DNA from: Candidatus Multivoradales bacterium
GTDB taxonomy: Bacteria > Acidobacteriota > Thermoanaerobaculia > Multivoradales > JAHEKO01
DNA: 64,000 nucleotides
Assembly: GCA_965248055.1 (NCBI GenBank)
Contig: CBDFIJ010000004.1
Span: 416,001 to 480,000 of the forward strand
Reading direction: 5' to 3'
The notes beneath the pieces are model-generated. The model was not told the DNA's origin and made no database searches. It saw nothing but the letters and a program-made list of their open reading frames with translations. The translations under genes were made by a program, and so were the position numbers. Below are positions 49,085 through 58,787 of this stretch, piece after piece; positions within the stretch are counted from its first letter, which is position 1; each line of letters begins with the position of its first letter.

Positions 49085-49816
49085 GTGAATGCCAAACTGA
49101 AAATCTTGCTGTTGCAGGCTCGTGCCGCGGATGACCCGGCACGGTTGGAAGAAATCGACTCGTTCGCGCAGCATGCCCAAGTCCCAGCGGAGGCCATCAG
49201 TGCGCATAACTTGCTCGATGGCCCCCCGAATCGCAGCCTGGTGGACCGTTTCGACCTGATCTTTATCGGCGGTAGCGGTGAGTACTACGTCAGCCACCAA
49301 GACCTACCGCAGCAGGATCTGTTCTTTGGCGAACTGCGCGAGTGGGTCGCGGTCAAGAAACCGATCTTCGCCTCCTGTTTTGGCTTTCAGTGCTTAGTTG
49401 AGGCGCTAGGCGGTTCGATCATTTTTGATCCCGACTCGATGGAAGTCGGCACCTGTGAACTGGCTCTCACCGAAGCCGGTGGTAAAGACGAACTGTTTCA
49501 AGCTCTACCCGCTCGTTTTCTCGCCCAGCTCGGGCACAAGGATCGAGCCGACCGGCTGCCAGCGGGGATGCTCAACTTGGCTTCCAGCCCCCTCAGCCCA
49601 CTGCAAGCGTTTCGTGTCCAAGACGCACCCATTTGGGCCACCCAGTTTCATCCGGAACTGGATTGGCGCTCCAATCGAGACCGTTTCATTCGCTACCTGG
49701 ATGGTTACGCCGCCCACATGTCCGAAAGCGAGCAGCAGGAACTTCTAGACGGCTATCACGACAGCCCAGAGTCCAACCAGTTGTTGGTGCGTTATCTGCA
49801 CCTGGTATTTGGCTAA
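49085..49816 (+). CDS. Type 1 glutamine amidotransferase
   Basis: GGSG, SCFGFQ nucleophile, TQFHPE. Confidence 0.9.
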   Translation: MNAKLKILLLQARAADDPARLEEIDSFAQHAQVPAEAISAHNLLDGPPNRSLVDRFDLIFIGGSGEYYVSHQDLPQQDLFFGELREWVAVKKPIFASCFGFQCLVEALGGSIIFDPDSMEVGTCELALTEAGGKDELFQALPARFLAQLGHKDRADRLPAGMLNLASSPLSPLQAFRVQDAPIWATQFHPELDWRSNRDRFIRYLDGYAAHMSESEQQELLDGYHDSPESNQLLVRYLHLVFG

Positions 49817-49863
49817 GGGGTTCTCACGCTGGCTGGAAAGTGGGGCTAGTGGCGGCCGAAACT

Positions 49864-52278
49864 CTATTCAGCCACCAGTCCCCGAGCCGCCTCGACGATC
49901 AGCTGACTAGACGGCAAGAAATCGGCTTCCAGGGGCGGTGAATAGGGAACCGGGGTGTCAGGCGCAGTGACCCGACGAATCGGCGCGTCAAGGTCATAGA
50001 AGGATTGCTCTATGACCCGCGCAGCGATTTCTCCGGCCACGCCGCCGCGCCCAGTGTCTTCATGCACCACCAGCAGTCGGTGGGTGCGCGCCAGAGAAGC
50101 CAGGACGGTTGCTTCATCCAGCGGCCATAGAGTTCTCAAATCGACCACTTCCGCCTCGATACCGTCTTGCTCAGACAGTCGTTGCGCGGCGTGCAGACTG
50201 CGCCAAACCATGGCCCCATAGCTAACGATGGTGAGATCGCTTCCAGATCGTCGAACCGACGCTTTGCCGATCGGCGTTTGCCAGTCGGCACCCGCTGGCA
50301 CTTCCTCTCGTACATCTTTGCTGAAAAATCCGTACAGACCCTTGGATTCCAGATAGAGCACCGGGTTGGGGTCGCGAATCGCCGCCAGCATCAAGCCCTT
50401 GGCGTCGCGCGGAGTCGACGGCGCGACGATCTTCCATCCTGGGGCGCGCAGGAACCACATTTCTGGGCATTGGCTGTGAAACGGACCACCGCCGAGTAGC
50501 TTGTCTTCACCCGCTGTGGCCGCGCCGTAGGGCAGCCGTACCACCATCGGTACCGGCTTTCCCCAGCGCCAGTAAAGCTTGGCGGCGTTGTTGACCAAGG
50601 CGTTGAATCCTGGGGCGAGAAAGTCCGCAAATTGCATCTCGGCCACCGGTCGCAACCCAGAGATCGCCGCTCCGACCGCGCAGCCGACGATCGCTGACTC
50701 TGCCAAAGGTGTGTTGACACAGCGCTCAGCCCCAAAACGTTTGGCGAGCCCACGGGTGACGCCAAAAGCGCCGCCGTATCTACCGCCGACGTCTTCTCCC
50801 AGCACCACAACCCGCGAATCTGCCTCCATCGCATCCGCCAAAGCCGAACGCACCGCCTCGTCGTAGGCCATCGACTTGCCCCCAGTCGGCGAGCCAAGCG
50901 GAAGATCGGGGCTAGCCGAAGGGGCGAACTCTCGTCCCAGGTAGTCCGCCGGAGTCGGCCATGCAGCGTTGGCAGTCGCTTCTATTGCGCTGGCGACCTG
51001 GTCGTTAGCCTGCTGGTAGATCTCGTCCTTGGCCGTGTCGTTCAACAGTCCTAGGTCGCGCAACCGCCGTTCATAGAGGGCCAGGGGATCCAAGGCTTCC
51101 CAGGCTTGCCGTTCGGCCCGATCTTCATAGCCATCAACCCCTATTTCAGGGTTGCCGTGGAAACGGTCATCGTCGTGGTGGGCGTGCCCCGGCCTGCGAT
51201 AGGTCACCAGTTCGATCAGGCTGGGGCCGTCTCCCGCTCGCGCTCGCTCAGCAGACCAAGACACCGCGGCGGCGATCTCGTCGGGATCGTTGCCAAAAAC
51301 CGTCATTCCGGGAATGCCGTAGCCAGCCGCGCGCAAGGCAAATCGATCGGCAGCGGTCTGCTCTCCGACATGGGTGCCCAGGGCCCACTGATTGTTTTCA
51401 ATCACAAAGACCGCGGGCAACTTGCGGACTCCGGCGAAATTGACCGCCTCATGCCACTCCCCGAGGCTCGACCCACCGTCACCAATAAAGCTGACGCAAA
51501 CCCGAGGCTGTTGCAGGTACTGAGCGGCAAAGGCCAGGCCGATGGAAGTCTGAGTGGCAATCGCCAAGGGCGCAGCGGGCGGCAAGATTCCCCAGTCCAA
51601 ATCACCGATGTGCAAATCACGCCCGTTCATCGGCGTGCCCACTTTGCCCGCTTGCACCCGGGCAACCACCTCGGCATCCGGGCGAAACATCAGCGCCGCG
51701 CCCAGATCGCGAATCAACGGACAAATCACGTCGCCTTGATATTCAAACCCAGGCTGATAACTGGGAGGACGCCTTAACCGGAGTGCGGCCCCGACAATCG
51801 CCTCTTGGCCGGTGGACTGAAATCCTTTTTGCGGCGAAGGGTGATCCTGCCACTTCACTTTCCTGTCATCGAACGCCTTTTTGAGCGCTCGATCCAGGCT
51901 TCGGGTCAACACCATTCGCTGATACATCAGTTGCCGTTCTTGGTCAGTGATCGACTGCCGTAACCGACGACGGGCAAAGAAACCACGGATCGAAACCGTC
52001 AATCGGGACTGGTATTGTTGACAAGGATCAGCGGTCGAGGCGCCCAAAGTAGCGTTCACCCCAGCGCTTGAGCAATCCTCCGCGACCGACGAAAGCAAGG
52101 TGCCCTCAAGTTCATCTGCGGCCATAGAGTCGGTAACGCGGCCAATCAACCAAGGTGCTTCGAGAGCCAGGAACCTGCGAGCCTCGTCAGCCAAAGCTGG
52201 CACGACAACGGAGCCAGCGAGATCAGTGGTGCGGTTGCTGTCGTGAGACGAGTCGGTGGTGGTTTGATCCTCAGACAT
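49864..52278 (-). CDS. 2-oxoacid dehydrogenase E1, alpha/beta fusion
   Basis: GDGGSS...ENN TPP motif; GEDV, NTPLAE, EMQFADF, GPFHSQ, IRDPNPV, VDLRTL. Confidence 0.92.
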   Translation of the reverse strand: MSEDQTTTDSSHDSNRTTDLAGSVVVPALADEARRFLALEAPWLIGRVTDSMAADELEGTLLSSVAEDCSSAGVNATLGASTADPCQQYQSRLTVSIRGFFARRRLRQSITDQERQLMYQRMVLTRSLDRALKKAFDDRKVKWQDHPSPQKGFQSTGQEAIVGAALRLRRPPSYQPGFEYQGDVICPLIRDLGAALMFRPDAEVVARVQAGKVGTPMNGRDLHIGDLDWGILPPAAPLAIATQTSIGLAFAAQYLQQPRVCVSFIGDGGSSLGEWHEAVNFAGVRKLPAVFVIENNQWALGTHVGEQTAADRFALRAAGYGIPGMTVFGNDPDEIAAAVSWSAERARAGDGPSLIELVTYRRPGHAHHDDDRFHGNPEIGVDGYEDRAERQAWEALDPLALYERRLRDLGLLNDTAKDEIYQQANDQVASAIEATANAAWPTPADYLGREFAPSASPDLPLGSPTGGKSMAYDEAVRSALADAMEADSRVVVLGEDVGGRYGGAFGVTRGLAKRFGAERCVNTPLAESAIVGCAVGAAISGLRPVAEMQFADFLAPGFNALVNNAAKLYWRWGKPVPMVVRLPYGAATAGEDKLLGGGPFHSQCPEMWFLRAPGWKIVAPSTPRDAKGLMLAAIRDPNPVLYLESKGLYGFFSKDVREEVPAGADWQTPIGKASVRRSGSDLTIVSYGAMVWRSLHAAQRLSEQDGIEAEVVDLRTLWPLDEATVLASLARTHRLLVVHEDTGRGGVAGEIAARVIEQSFYDLDAPIRRVTAPDTPVPYSPPLEADFLPSSQLIVEAARGLVAE

Positions 52279-52315
52279 GCGCCGCCGCAGTATATCCAGA
52301 TGTCACGAGGAATCC

Positions 52316-52341
52316 GGAACCCGCAGAGCTGCCATGCGTTA
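52316..52341 (+). promoter_or_regulatory. ECF sigma-type promoter (likely autoregulatory)
   Basis: GGAAC-N16-CGTTA directly upstream of the ECF sigma gene. Confidence 0.65.
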
Positions 52342-52347
52342 TAGAGA

Positions 52348-52998
52348 ATGAAGGGTCGAAACCTGATGACCAATGACCTACCGTTCAATCGTCAAACAAG
52401 GACTCAACAGCCAGTCTCCATGATTTCCACCACCACTCTAGACGTCGCTTCCGACGGTCAACTTCTAGATCGATCGCGCTCCGGAGACGGAGAAGCCTTT
52501 CGCGTCTTGGTAGAGCGTCACCAGGGACAACTGGTGGGTTATTTAACCCGCATGGTCGGCTGCCATTCTCAAGCTCAAGACTTTGCCCAGGAAGCTTTCT
52601 TGCGCATCTACTCGCGCGCCCACAAGTATCAAGAACAAGGTCAGTTTCAGTCTTATTTGTATCGCACCGCCATCAACTTGGTGCGTTCAGCGGTGCGTAA
52701 ATCCAAGACTCGGGAAGCGGTCGCGACCTTGATGCCCGCCGCTCCGGAAAGTACCGCGGCCGAGCAGCACCAACGGGTGCAACGCCAAGAATTGCGCGAG
52801 GAAATCCGACAAGCGGTGGCCAAACTACCGCTCAAGTTTCGTGAGCCCTTGGTCTTGTACGAAATGGAAGAATGGCCTTACCAACAAATCGCAGAGCACC
52901 TCGGGTGCCGTACCGGCACCGTTAAATCGAGAATCCATCGAGCACGTTCGATGGTCCGTCATTCGATGACGGATTACGTGAACGGAGAAACGTCATGA
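52348..52998 (+). CDS. ECF RNA polymerase sigma factor
   Basis: AQDFAQEAFL, YLYRTAIN, YQQIAEHLGC..GTVKSRIHRAR; true start may be 52366 or 52420. Confidence 0.93.
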   Translation: MKGRNLMTNDLPFNRQTRTQQPVSMISTTTLDVASDGQLLDRSRSGDGEAFRVLVERHQGQLVGYLTRMVGCHSQAQDFAQEAFLRIYSRAHKYQEQGQFQSYLYRTAINLVRSAVRKSKTREAVATLMPAAPESTAAEQHQRVQRQELREEIRQAVAKLPLKFREPLVLYEMEEWPYQQIAEHLGCRTGTVKSRIHRARSMVRHSMTDYVNGETS

Positions 52999-53429
52999 GT
53001 CAACGCACCGAATCGCAATGGGACGAAGAAATTCGCGCGGCTATCCGTGAGCCGATCGCCGACCTGGGTTCGAATTTCACCCGCTCCGTGATGAACCGAG
53101 TCGGCGACGGTCCGGCAGCCACAGCCTGGTGGTCTTACGGCCCTTTGGTGGGTGCTGCGGCGGCTATGGCCGTAGCGATCGCCCTGTTTCTAGTTCCGCG
53201 TACAGATTCCACAATACAAACTTCTGCGGCGGAGCAAATTCAGAGCTTGGTGCAAGAACAGCAGGCGCTCCAGCGAGAACTGCGGGACCTGCGTCATTTG
53301 CGCGCCAGTGCCGCTCCGGTCGTCTATTTGGGCGGCGACGAGAGTGTCGAATTCGTCTACGCCCTCGATAACCCGCGGACCGGCTACGGCTCAACCCGTA
53401 CTGCTGACTATCGGCCAACTCGAAACTAG
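52995..53429 (+). CDS. Putative anti-sigma factor (single TM, coiled coil)
   Basis: ATGA overlap with sigma gene; FTRSVM, TM, coiled coil. Confidence 0.7.
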   Translation: MSQRTESQWDEEIRAAIREPIADLGSNFTRSVMNRVGDGPAATAWWSYGPLVGAAAAMAVAIALFLVPRTDSTIQTSAAEQIQSLVQEQQALQRELRDLRHLRASAAPVVYLGGDESVEFVYALDNPRTGYGSTRTADYRPTRN

Positions 53430-53470
53430 ATCTAAACACCCTCGAGCACCCCTGTTAGGAGATATGCACC

Positions 53471-54232
53471 ATGAAAACCTTTCTTTTCACTCTCTCAGCC
53501 CTACTTGCCGTGGCGAGCGCGGCGCAAGCCCAGCCGAAGGCCGCTCCGGAACACAAAGTTATCCGTGAAATTATCATCGCTGACGGTGAGGGGCCCCACC
53601 TACTCACTGTGCAAAGGGGCTTTCTCGGGGTCTCGATGTCCGACCTGACCTCTGACCTCCTAGAGCACTTTGAGGTCGACGCTGATGCTGGGGTGATGAT
53701 CTCTTCGCTGGTCGAAGACGGACCGGCAGAACGCGCAGGAATCCAAGTTGGCGACATCCTGGTTGAGATCGACGGTGAGTCAATCGGCAGCCAGGGTCAA
53801 GTAGCGCTCCACGTCGGCCGCATGGACCCGGGCTCGGAAATCCAAGTTGCCGTGGTCCGCGATCGTCAACCCTTGACCTTGACGGTTGAGGTAGGAGAGC
53901 GGGAGCGCGGTCAAGTTCCCGTCAACTGGTTCTCTAACGTCGATATCGATATTGGCGAAGTCCCCCAGCCTGGCCATGTCTATCGCTACAAATTCAGCAC
54001 GGGTCCTGGCGAAGAGGATGAGATTGTCCTCAATGGCGCACCCTTGATGGAAGTGATCGAGCAGATGCGCGAGCGGGTCGAGGCACCTGAGTTCCAGGAG
54101 CGCATCGAATTCTTTCGCTCCCACAACACCGAGCTTGAGAGCCGATTGCAAGAGATGGAGCAACGGCTAGCAGATATGGGCGTTCGATTGGCCGAAGCTC
54201 TCAGTAAACTGACGGAAGAAAACGACCAGTAG
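53471..54232 (+). CDS. Secreted PDZ domain protein
   Basis: Signal peptide, RGFLGV, GPAERAGIQVGDIL; C-terminal coiled coil; no protease domain. Confidence 0.87.
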   Translation: MKTFLFTLSALLAVASAAQAQPKAAPEHKVIREIIIADGEGPHLLTVQRGFLGVSMSDLTSDLLEHFEVDADAGVMISSLVEDGPAERAGIQVGDILVEIDGESIGSQGQVALHVGRMDPGSEIQVAVVRDRQPLTLTVEVGERERGQVPVNWFSNVDIDIGEVPQPGHVYRYKFSTGPGEEDEIVLNGAPLMEVIEQMRERVEAPEFQERIEFFRSHNTELESRLQEMEQRLADMGVRLAEALSKLTEENDQ

Positions 54233-54393
54233 ATCGTCGTCACAGCGGCCCGTTTTCCTAAGCACGGCCTTCGGGACTCCTGTTCGCCTAAGCGAACGGG
54301 GCCTCGCAGGCCGTTTTCTTATGGTCAACCGGTTCCCTCAACCTAGAAGCTGACTTCGCTTCGATAGACTGGCTCTCTCTCCAATCAAGAGCT

Positions 54394-55080
54394 ATGCCTC
54401 TTGAAGCCATGCATCCCGCCGCGCCAGCCAATCCCTCAATCACCGCAGTAATCCCTGCCTGTGGTTGGTCGACCCGCATGGAGCCCAGGTCGAGACCAGG
54501 GTCGGAGTCGGGGCTAGGATCTAAGACAGGGTCGAAGCTGTTGCTGCCTTTCGCTGAGTCCACGGTGCTGGGCGCTACCTGCGACGCACTGATTCGAGGC
54601 GGCACTAGCGAGATCGTGGTCGTAGTCCGCGATGACGATGCCCCCCTGCGTTCGTGGATCGAACAGCACGGCTTATCCAGCGTCATCAATCCGCAGCCGA
54701 TCCGGGGAATGCTCTCCTCGATCCAGGCGGGCCTGGAGTCACTCAACGAAGCCACATCATCGGGCGATTCGAAGGTCGACATTCTGGTGACTCCGGGTGA
54801 TCTTCCCCTGCTGGGCGCAAGCAGCGTCCGCGCGGTGTTGAAATGTTCCCTAGACAACCCAGATCTACTGATCGTCCCCACCCACGGCGGACGCCGCGGC
54901 CATCCGCTGTTGATCCCCAGTAGACGGATCGCGGAGGTCTTTCAGCTTGATCTCAAGGTCGGATTGCGTCAGCTACTCCAGCGAGATCCCGACCGCGTTC
55001 GCGAAGTAGCGGTAGATACTCCAGGAATCTACTTGGACATCGACACCGTTCAGGATTACCGAAAGTTGCTGGCAATGTGA
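54394..55080 (+). CDS. Nucleotidyltransferase (MocA/MobA-like)
   Basis: IPACGWSTRM..KLLLP, GMLSSI, GDLP, GHP, DIDT; start uncertain. Confidence 0.85.
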   Translation: MPLEAMHPAAPANPSITAVIPACGWSTRMEPRSRPGSESGLGSKTGSKLLLPFAESTVLGATCDALIRGGTSEIVVVVRDDDAPLRSWIEQHGLSSVINPQPIRGMLSSIQAGLESLNEATSSGDSKVDILVTPGDLPLLGASSVRAVLKCSLDNPDLLIVPTHGGRRGHPLLIPSRRIAEVFQLDLKVGLRQLLQRDPDRVREVAVDTPGIYLDIDTVQDYRKLLAM

Positions 55081-55132
55081 CACCAAGAACGATCAAGGGC
55101 ATCGAATCGATTGCCCATCTAGGGGGCGCAGC

Positions 55133-55933
55133 TTATTTCACGCCACGCGCTGGCAGGTTCTTGGCCACCACCGCACCGACCAGAATTGAGTAGCCAAGCA
55201 TGTACAACCAGAGCAACAGGATCAGCCATCCCGCGACGAAGCCGTAAAACAGGGTGTATCGAGCGTAGGTCGCCAAGTAGACGCGAAATCCAGCCGAGGC
55301 CACCCACCAGATGGCCGAGGAAGCTAGGGCACCCGCAGCCAGCCGGCGCAACGAGGGCCGAGTCAGGTGATTGGGCATCACCGCATAAACGGCGAACAAC
55401 ACCACCGAGAGACTGACGTAGAGCAAGGTCGAATGGCCACTACCCCACAGAACATTGAGCACCTGAATACGGGTCGAAGCGACAGCAAACAAAGAGGCCC
55501 ACACCGCAACCGCCAATCCGATCGCCAAGACAAAAGCCATCGCCACCAGCCGTCGATGCCACCAGCGCCGTGCTTCCGGAACGCCGAAGATCCGATTGAG
55601 CCCCTCGGTCAGGGTGACCAACAAATTGGAACCCGACCATAGGAACAGAAAAACTGCCGCCACCAGCAACTCGGGATGGACCGAACTGACCACCTCTTCG
55701 ACATAGCGCGACATGTACTCAGCGGTTTCCCGGGGCACCACGCTCAATAATTGGTCCAAAGCCCAAGAGGAGATCGTCTCTCTGCCAAACAGGCCCGCCA
55801 GGGAAAACAGCACCAGCAAAAAGGGAAATAGCGAGATCAGCAGGAAATAGGCGATCTTGGCCGCCTCGTCAGAAAGGCGTTGATGGTAGATCTCGCGAAT
55901 CAACCCCTCAACCCATCGGGCGAATGCTTTCAA
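55133..55933 (-). CDS. YihY/BrkB family membrane protein
   Basis: AAKIAYFLLISLFP, LNRIF, YTLFYG, LLWLY. Confidence 0.88.
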   Translation of the reverse strand: MKAFARWVEGLIREIYHQRLSDEAAKIAYFLLISLFPFLLVLFSLAGLFGRETISSWALDQLLSVVPRETAEYMSRYVEEVVSSVHPELLVAAVFLFLWSGSNLLVTLTEGLNRIFGVPEARRWWHRRLVAMAFVLAIGLAVAVWASLFAVASTRIQVLNVLWGSGHSTLLYVSLSVVLFAVYAVMPNHLTRPSLRRLAAGALASSAIWWVASAGFRVYLATYARYTLFYGFVAGWLILLLWLYMLGYSILVGAVVAKNLPARGVK

Positions 55934-56036
55934 CGGCGTTCCCCCTCAACCATCGTGTGCCGCGCCAGCATTGGGGGAGTATAGGGCGAGGCGCACCTTG
56001 ACTGTCGATCACGGTAGGATTCGCGTCGGAGGAACG

Positions 56037-57245
56037 ATGAAGATCCACGCATTTCACGGGCAGAGATTCGCCCAGAAACACGGCGACCCAGGCGATTGGG
56101 CAGCTCCACCCTTTGATCAGATCAGCGCAGCCCTGGGTGCGCGACTACGCCAAGATCCAAACCACTTCGCTCACTTAACCCGACCGGATCCGACCGCAGA
56201 GGATTCACATGGTCTGTCGCAAACAACGCTTCAAGGCTGGGTCGAACAGGGGCACGTAATTTCTGAAACCAGCCCCTGCCTGTACCTCTACGAAACCGAA
56301 CTCCGCGGTGGCGGATCTCGACTCGGCCTGTGTGCTTTGGCAGAGGTTGGTCACGGAGATATTCGGCCCCACGAGCAGACGGTCGACAAGACGGTCGAAG
56401 AACGATTGGCCCTACTGCGCAGAGTTGCCACCGATCTGGAACCGGTCTTTCTGTTGGTCGACGATGGTGGGCGCCTCAACCGACTGCTGGCTTCCGAGTC
56501 TTCAGAGCGCGCGGTCCGTACTGAGGATGCCGACGGCAACCTTCACTCGATCCAGCCGATTGGCAGTCGCATCGATGACTACAAGGATGCCCTGGAGGGC
56601 ATAGACGGGCTAATCGCCGATGGACATCACCGGACGCGGGTCGCTACACTGCACGCACAACAAACCGGTGCGCTGGGCAGCAGTGCTGCAGGATGCAAGT
56701 TGGTCATCATCGTCAGCTTGGCTTCACCAGGACTGACCATCGACCCGATTCATCGCGCATGGATAGACCCTATCGAACTGGAATTGATGGAGCGATTTGT
56801 GGTCACCCGTGCTACCGCCATCAGTCCCAATGCTGCCGAGTTTTGCCAGCAGGTAGCGGGCGGCTCTGGGCCGACCGTCGGCGTTTGGCAAAGGTCCCGC
56901 ACCCCCGAAATCTGGACCCTGGACGCAGAGGCGATTCGCGCCGAATCTGCCTCCCCGGTGCCCGATCTCCCGGTGGCCCTATTTCACGCCGCCTTCCCCG
57001 CTCTCGGCTGGGATCCAACTTCGGCAACCGACGGCACCATCACATATCGATCCAACCCCAAACGATTAGCGCAAGAAATGGACGCCGGTGCGTTCGCAGC
57101 CTCGCTCTGGCTGCCCCCAATGTCGGCCGAAGCTTTCTGTAAGGCCTTGGAAGTGGTCCAGGTGCTACCGCCCAAGTCGACCCGATTTCTGCCCAAATTG
57201 GTCTCTGGAATGGTCTGGAGCCCGCACCATCAGGACATTTTGTAG
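56037..57245 (+). CDS. DUF1015 family protein
   Basis: APPFD, IRPHEQT, IADGHHR, LPPKSTRFLPKL.SG. Confidence 0.9.
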   Translation: MKIHAFHGQRFAQKHGDPGDWAAPPFDQISAALGARLRQDPNHFAHLTRPDPTAEDSHGLSQTTLQGWVEQGHVISETSPCLYLYETELRGGGSRLGLCALAEVGHGDIRPHEQTVDKTVEERLALLRRVATDLEPVFLLVDDGGRLNRLLASESSERAVRTEDADGNLHSIQPIGSRIDDYKDALEGIDGLIADGHHRTRVATLHAQQTGALGSSAAGCKLVIIVSLASPGLTIDPIHRAWIDPIELELMERFVVTRATAISPNAAEFCQQVAGGSGPTVGVWQRSRTPEIWTLDAEAIRAESASPVPDLPVALFHAAFPALGWDPTSATDGTITYRSNPKRLAQEMDAGAFAASLWLPPMSAEAFCKALEVVQVLPPKSTRFLPKLVSGMVWSPHHQDIL

Positions 57246-57250
57246 CGCCG

Positions 57251-57655
57251 ATGCCCGCCTATCAGGACCAGCAGGGACGCCCGGTGGTCGAGTTTCGCGG
57301 CGATCTCGAAGTCTCTCCATTCTCGGTCTTTCGCGCCCTGCGGGATGGTACTGAGCTGTTGCTGGTAGACGTTCGTGAGAATCCGCAAGCCTTGACACTG
57401 AGCGGCTCGATGCGCATGCCGGATCCGGCTTGGGCCCCCGAAAGCGAGTCTCCACGGGTGATCTTGTTTGACGATGACGGTTCAGCGGCGTTGACCGAAG
57501 TCTCCCGGCTACATCGGGCAGGTTATGAGACCGTGCGTGCCTTATTCGGTGGTTTGGAGCTCTACGCATTCGCCCTCGACCCACAAGTGGTAGGAGAACA
57601 AACCTATCTGATCCAGATCGAAGACTTGTCGACCAACCCGCCAGCAGACGCCTAG
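57251..57655 (+). CDS. Rhodanese-like domain protein (no catalytic Cys)
   Basis: LLVDVR, ILFDDDG, GY..VRALFGG. Confidence 0.75.
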   Translation: MPAYQDQQGRPVVEFRGDLEVSPFSVFRALRDGTELLLVDVRENPQALTLSGSMRMPDPAWAPESESPRVILFDDDGSAALTEVSRLHRAGYETVRALFGGLELYAFALDPQVVGEQTYLIQIEDLSTNPPADA

Positions 57656-57740
57656 TCGCTTTTTTTCGGAAACCGGTTGTGCGGCGAATTGCTTCAGAAA
57701 GTGGCTTCCGCGGAACCCGTCGTGAAAGGGCAGTCAGCTC

Positions 57741-58787
57741 TTAGCCGACCACTCCGTCCGCTCCCACGGTCCAGGTTTCTCCCGAGTAGACCAAGTCCTC
57801 CAAGGTACCTGCGCCCAGGCGCTCGGTTTCGTGGGACATTTGGTCGACTACCGCTTCTTCATAGACTGGAGTATCGACCGCGCGAAAGACACCAATCGGA
57901 GTCGGGAAGTCAGGGGGCAGCATCTGCGCCATCATGAAGGCCAGGGCGGGATTGGCTCGGTCTTGATCCCAAACCAAACAGTCCTCAGGGCCCACCGCGC
58001 CGCCAAATTCAATCACCTCAAGATCGTGCCCCGAAAGCCGGATGCCTCGATCTTGGTTCTCACCAAACACCAACGGCTCTCCGTGCTTAAGTTCCAAAGT
58101 GTTAGCGGTCTTTTCTTCCTTGTCGGTCATGTAGCTAAAGGCGTTGTCATTGAAAATGTTGCAGTTCTGGTAGATCTCGATAAACGCAGTGCCCTTGTGT
58201 GCTGCCGCCTGCTGCAACACCGATTTCAAGTGTGGTTGGAATATATCCACCGCGCGGGCGACGAAAGTCGCCCCCGCACCGATCGCCAGAGACAACGGAT
58301 TGAAAGGGTTATCAACCGATCCAACCGGGCTCGACTTGGTGCGCTTGCCAACCTCAGAGGTCGGCGAAAATTGGCCCTTGGTCAAACCGTAGATGCGGTT
58401 GTTGAACAACAGCACTTTGAGACCGATATTGCGGCGCAACATGTGGATCAGGTGATTGCCACCAATCGACATCGCGTCACCGTCACCGGTAGCGACCCAA
58501 ACTTCTAGGTCCGGTCGAGCCAATTTGAGTCCCGACGCCACCGCCGGCGCTCGCCCATGGATCGAGTGAAAACCGTACGTGTTCATGTAGTAGGGGAAAC
58601 GACTGGAACAGCCGATGCCCGAAACCACCACGAAGTTTTCTTTCGGGATCCCCAGTTGCGGAAAGACCTGTTGCACTGCGCTCAAGATCGCGTAGTCACC
58701 ACAACCAGGGCACCAACGCACTTCTTGGTCGGACTTGAAATCCTTGGCTTTGAGTTGCGGAGTTTCTTGCTCAGCACTAGTGGACAT
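57741..58787 (-). CDS. korB: 2-oxoacid:ferredoxin oxidoreductase beta subunit
   Basis: WCPGCGD, SGIGCS, GDGD, NNRIYGLTKGQ; start MSTS at 58787. Confidence 0.95.
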   Translation of the reverse strand: MSTSAEQETPQLKAKDFKSDQEVRWCPGCGDYAILSAVQQVFPQLGIPKENFVVVSGIGCSSRFPYYMNTYGFHSIHGRAPAVASGLKLARPDLEVWVATGDGDAMSIGGNHLIHMLRRNIGLKVLLFNNRIYGLTKGQFSPTSEVGKRTKSSPVGSVDNPFNPLSLAIGAGATFVARAVDIFQPHLKSVLQQAAAHKGTAFIEIYQNCNIFNDNAFSYMTDKEEKTANTLELKHGEPLVFGENQDRGIRLSGHDLEVIEFGGAVGPEDCLVWDQDRANPALAFMMAQMLPPDFPTPIGVFRAVDTPVYEEAVVDQMSHETERLGAGTLEDLVYSGETWTVGADGVVG

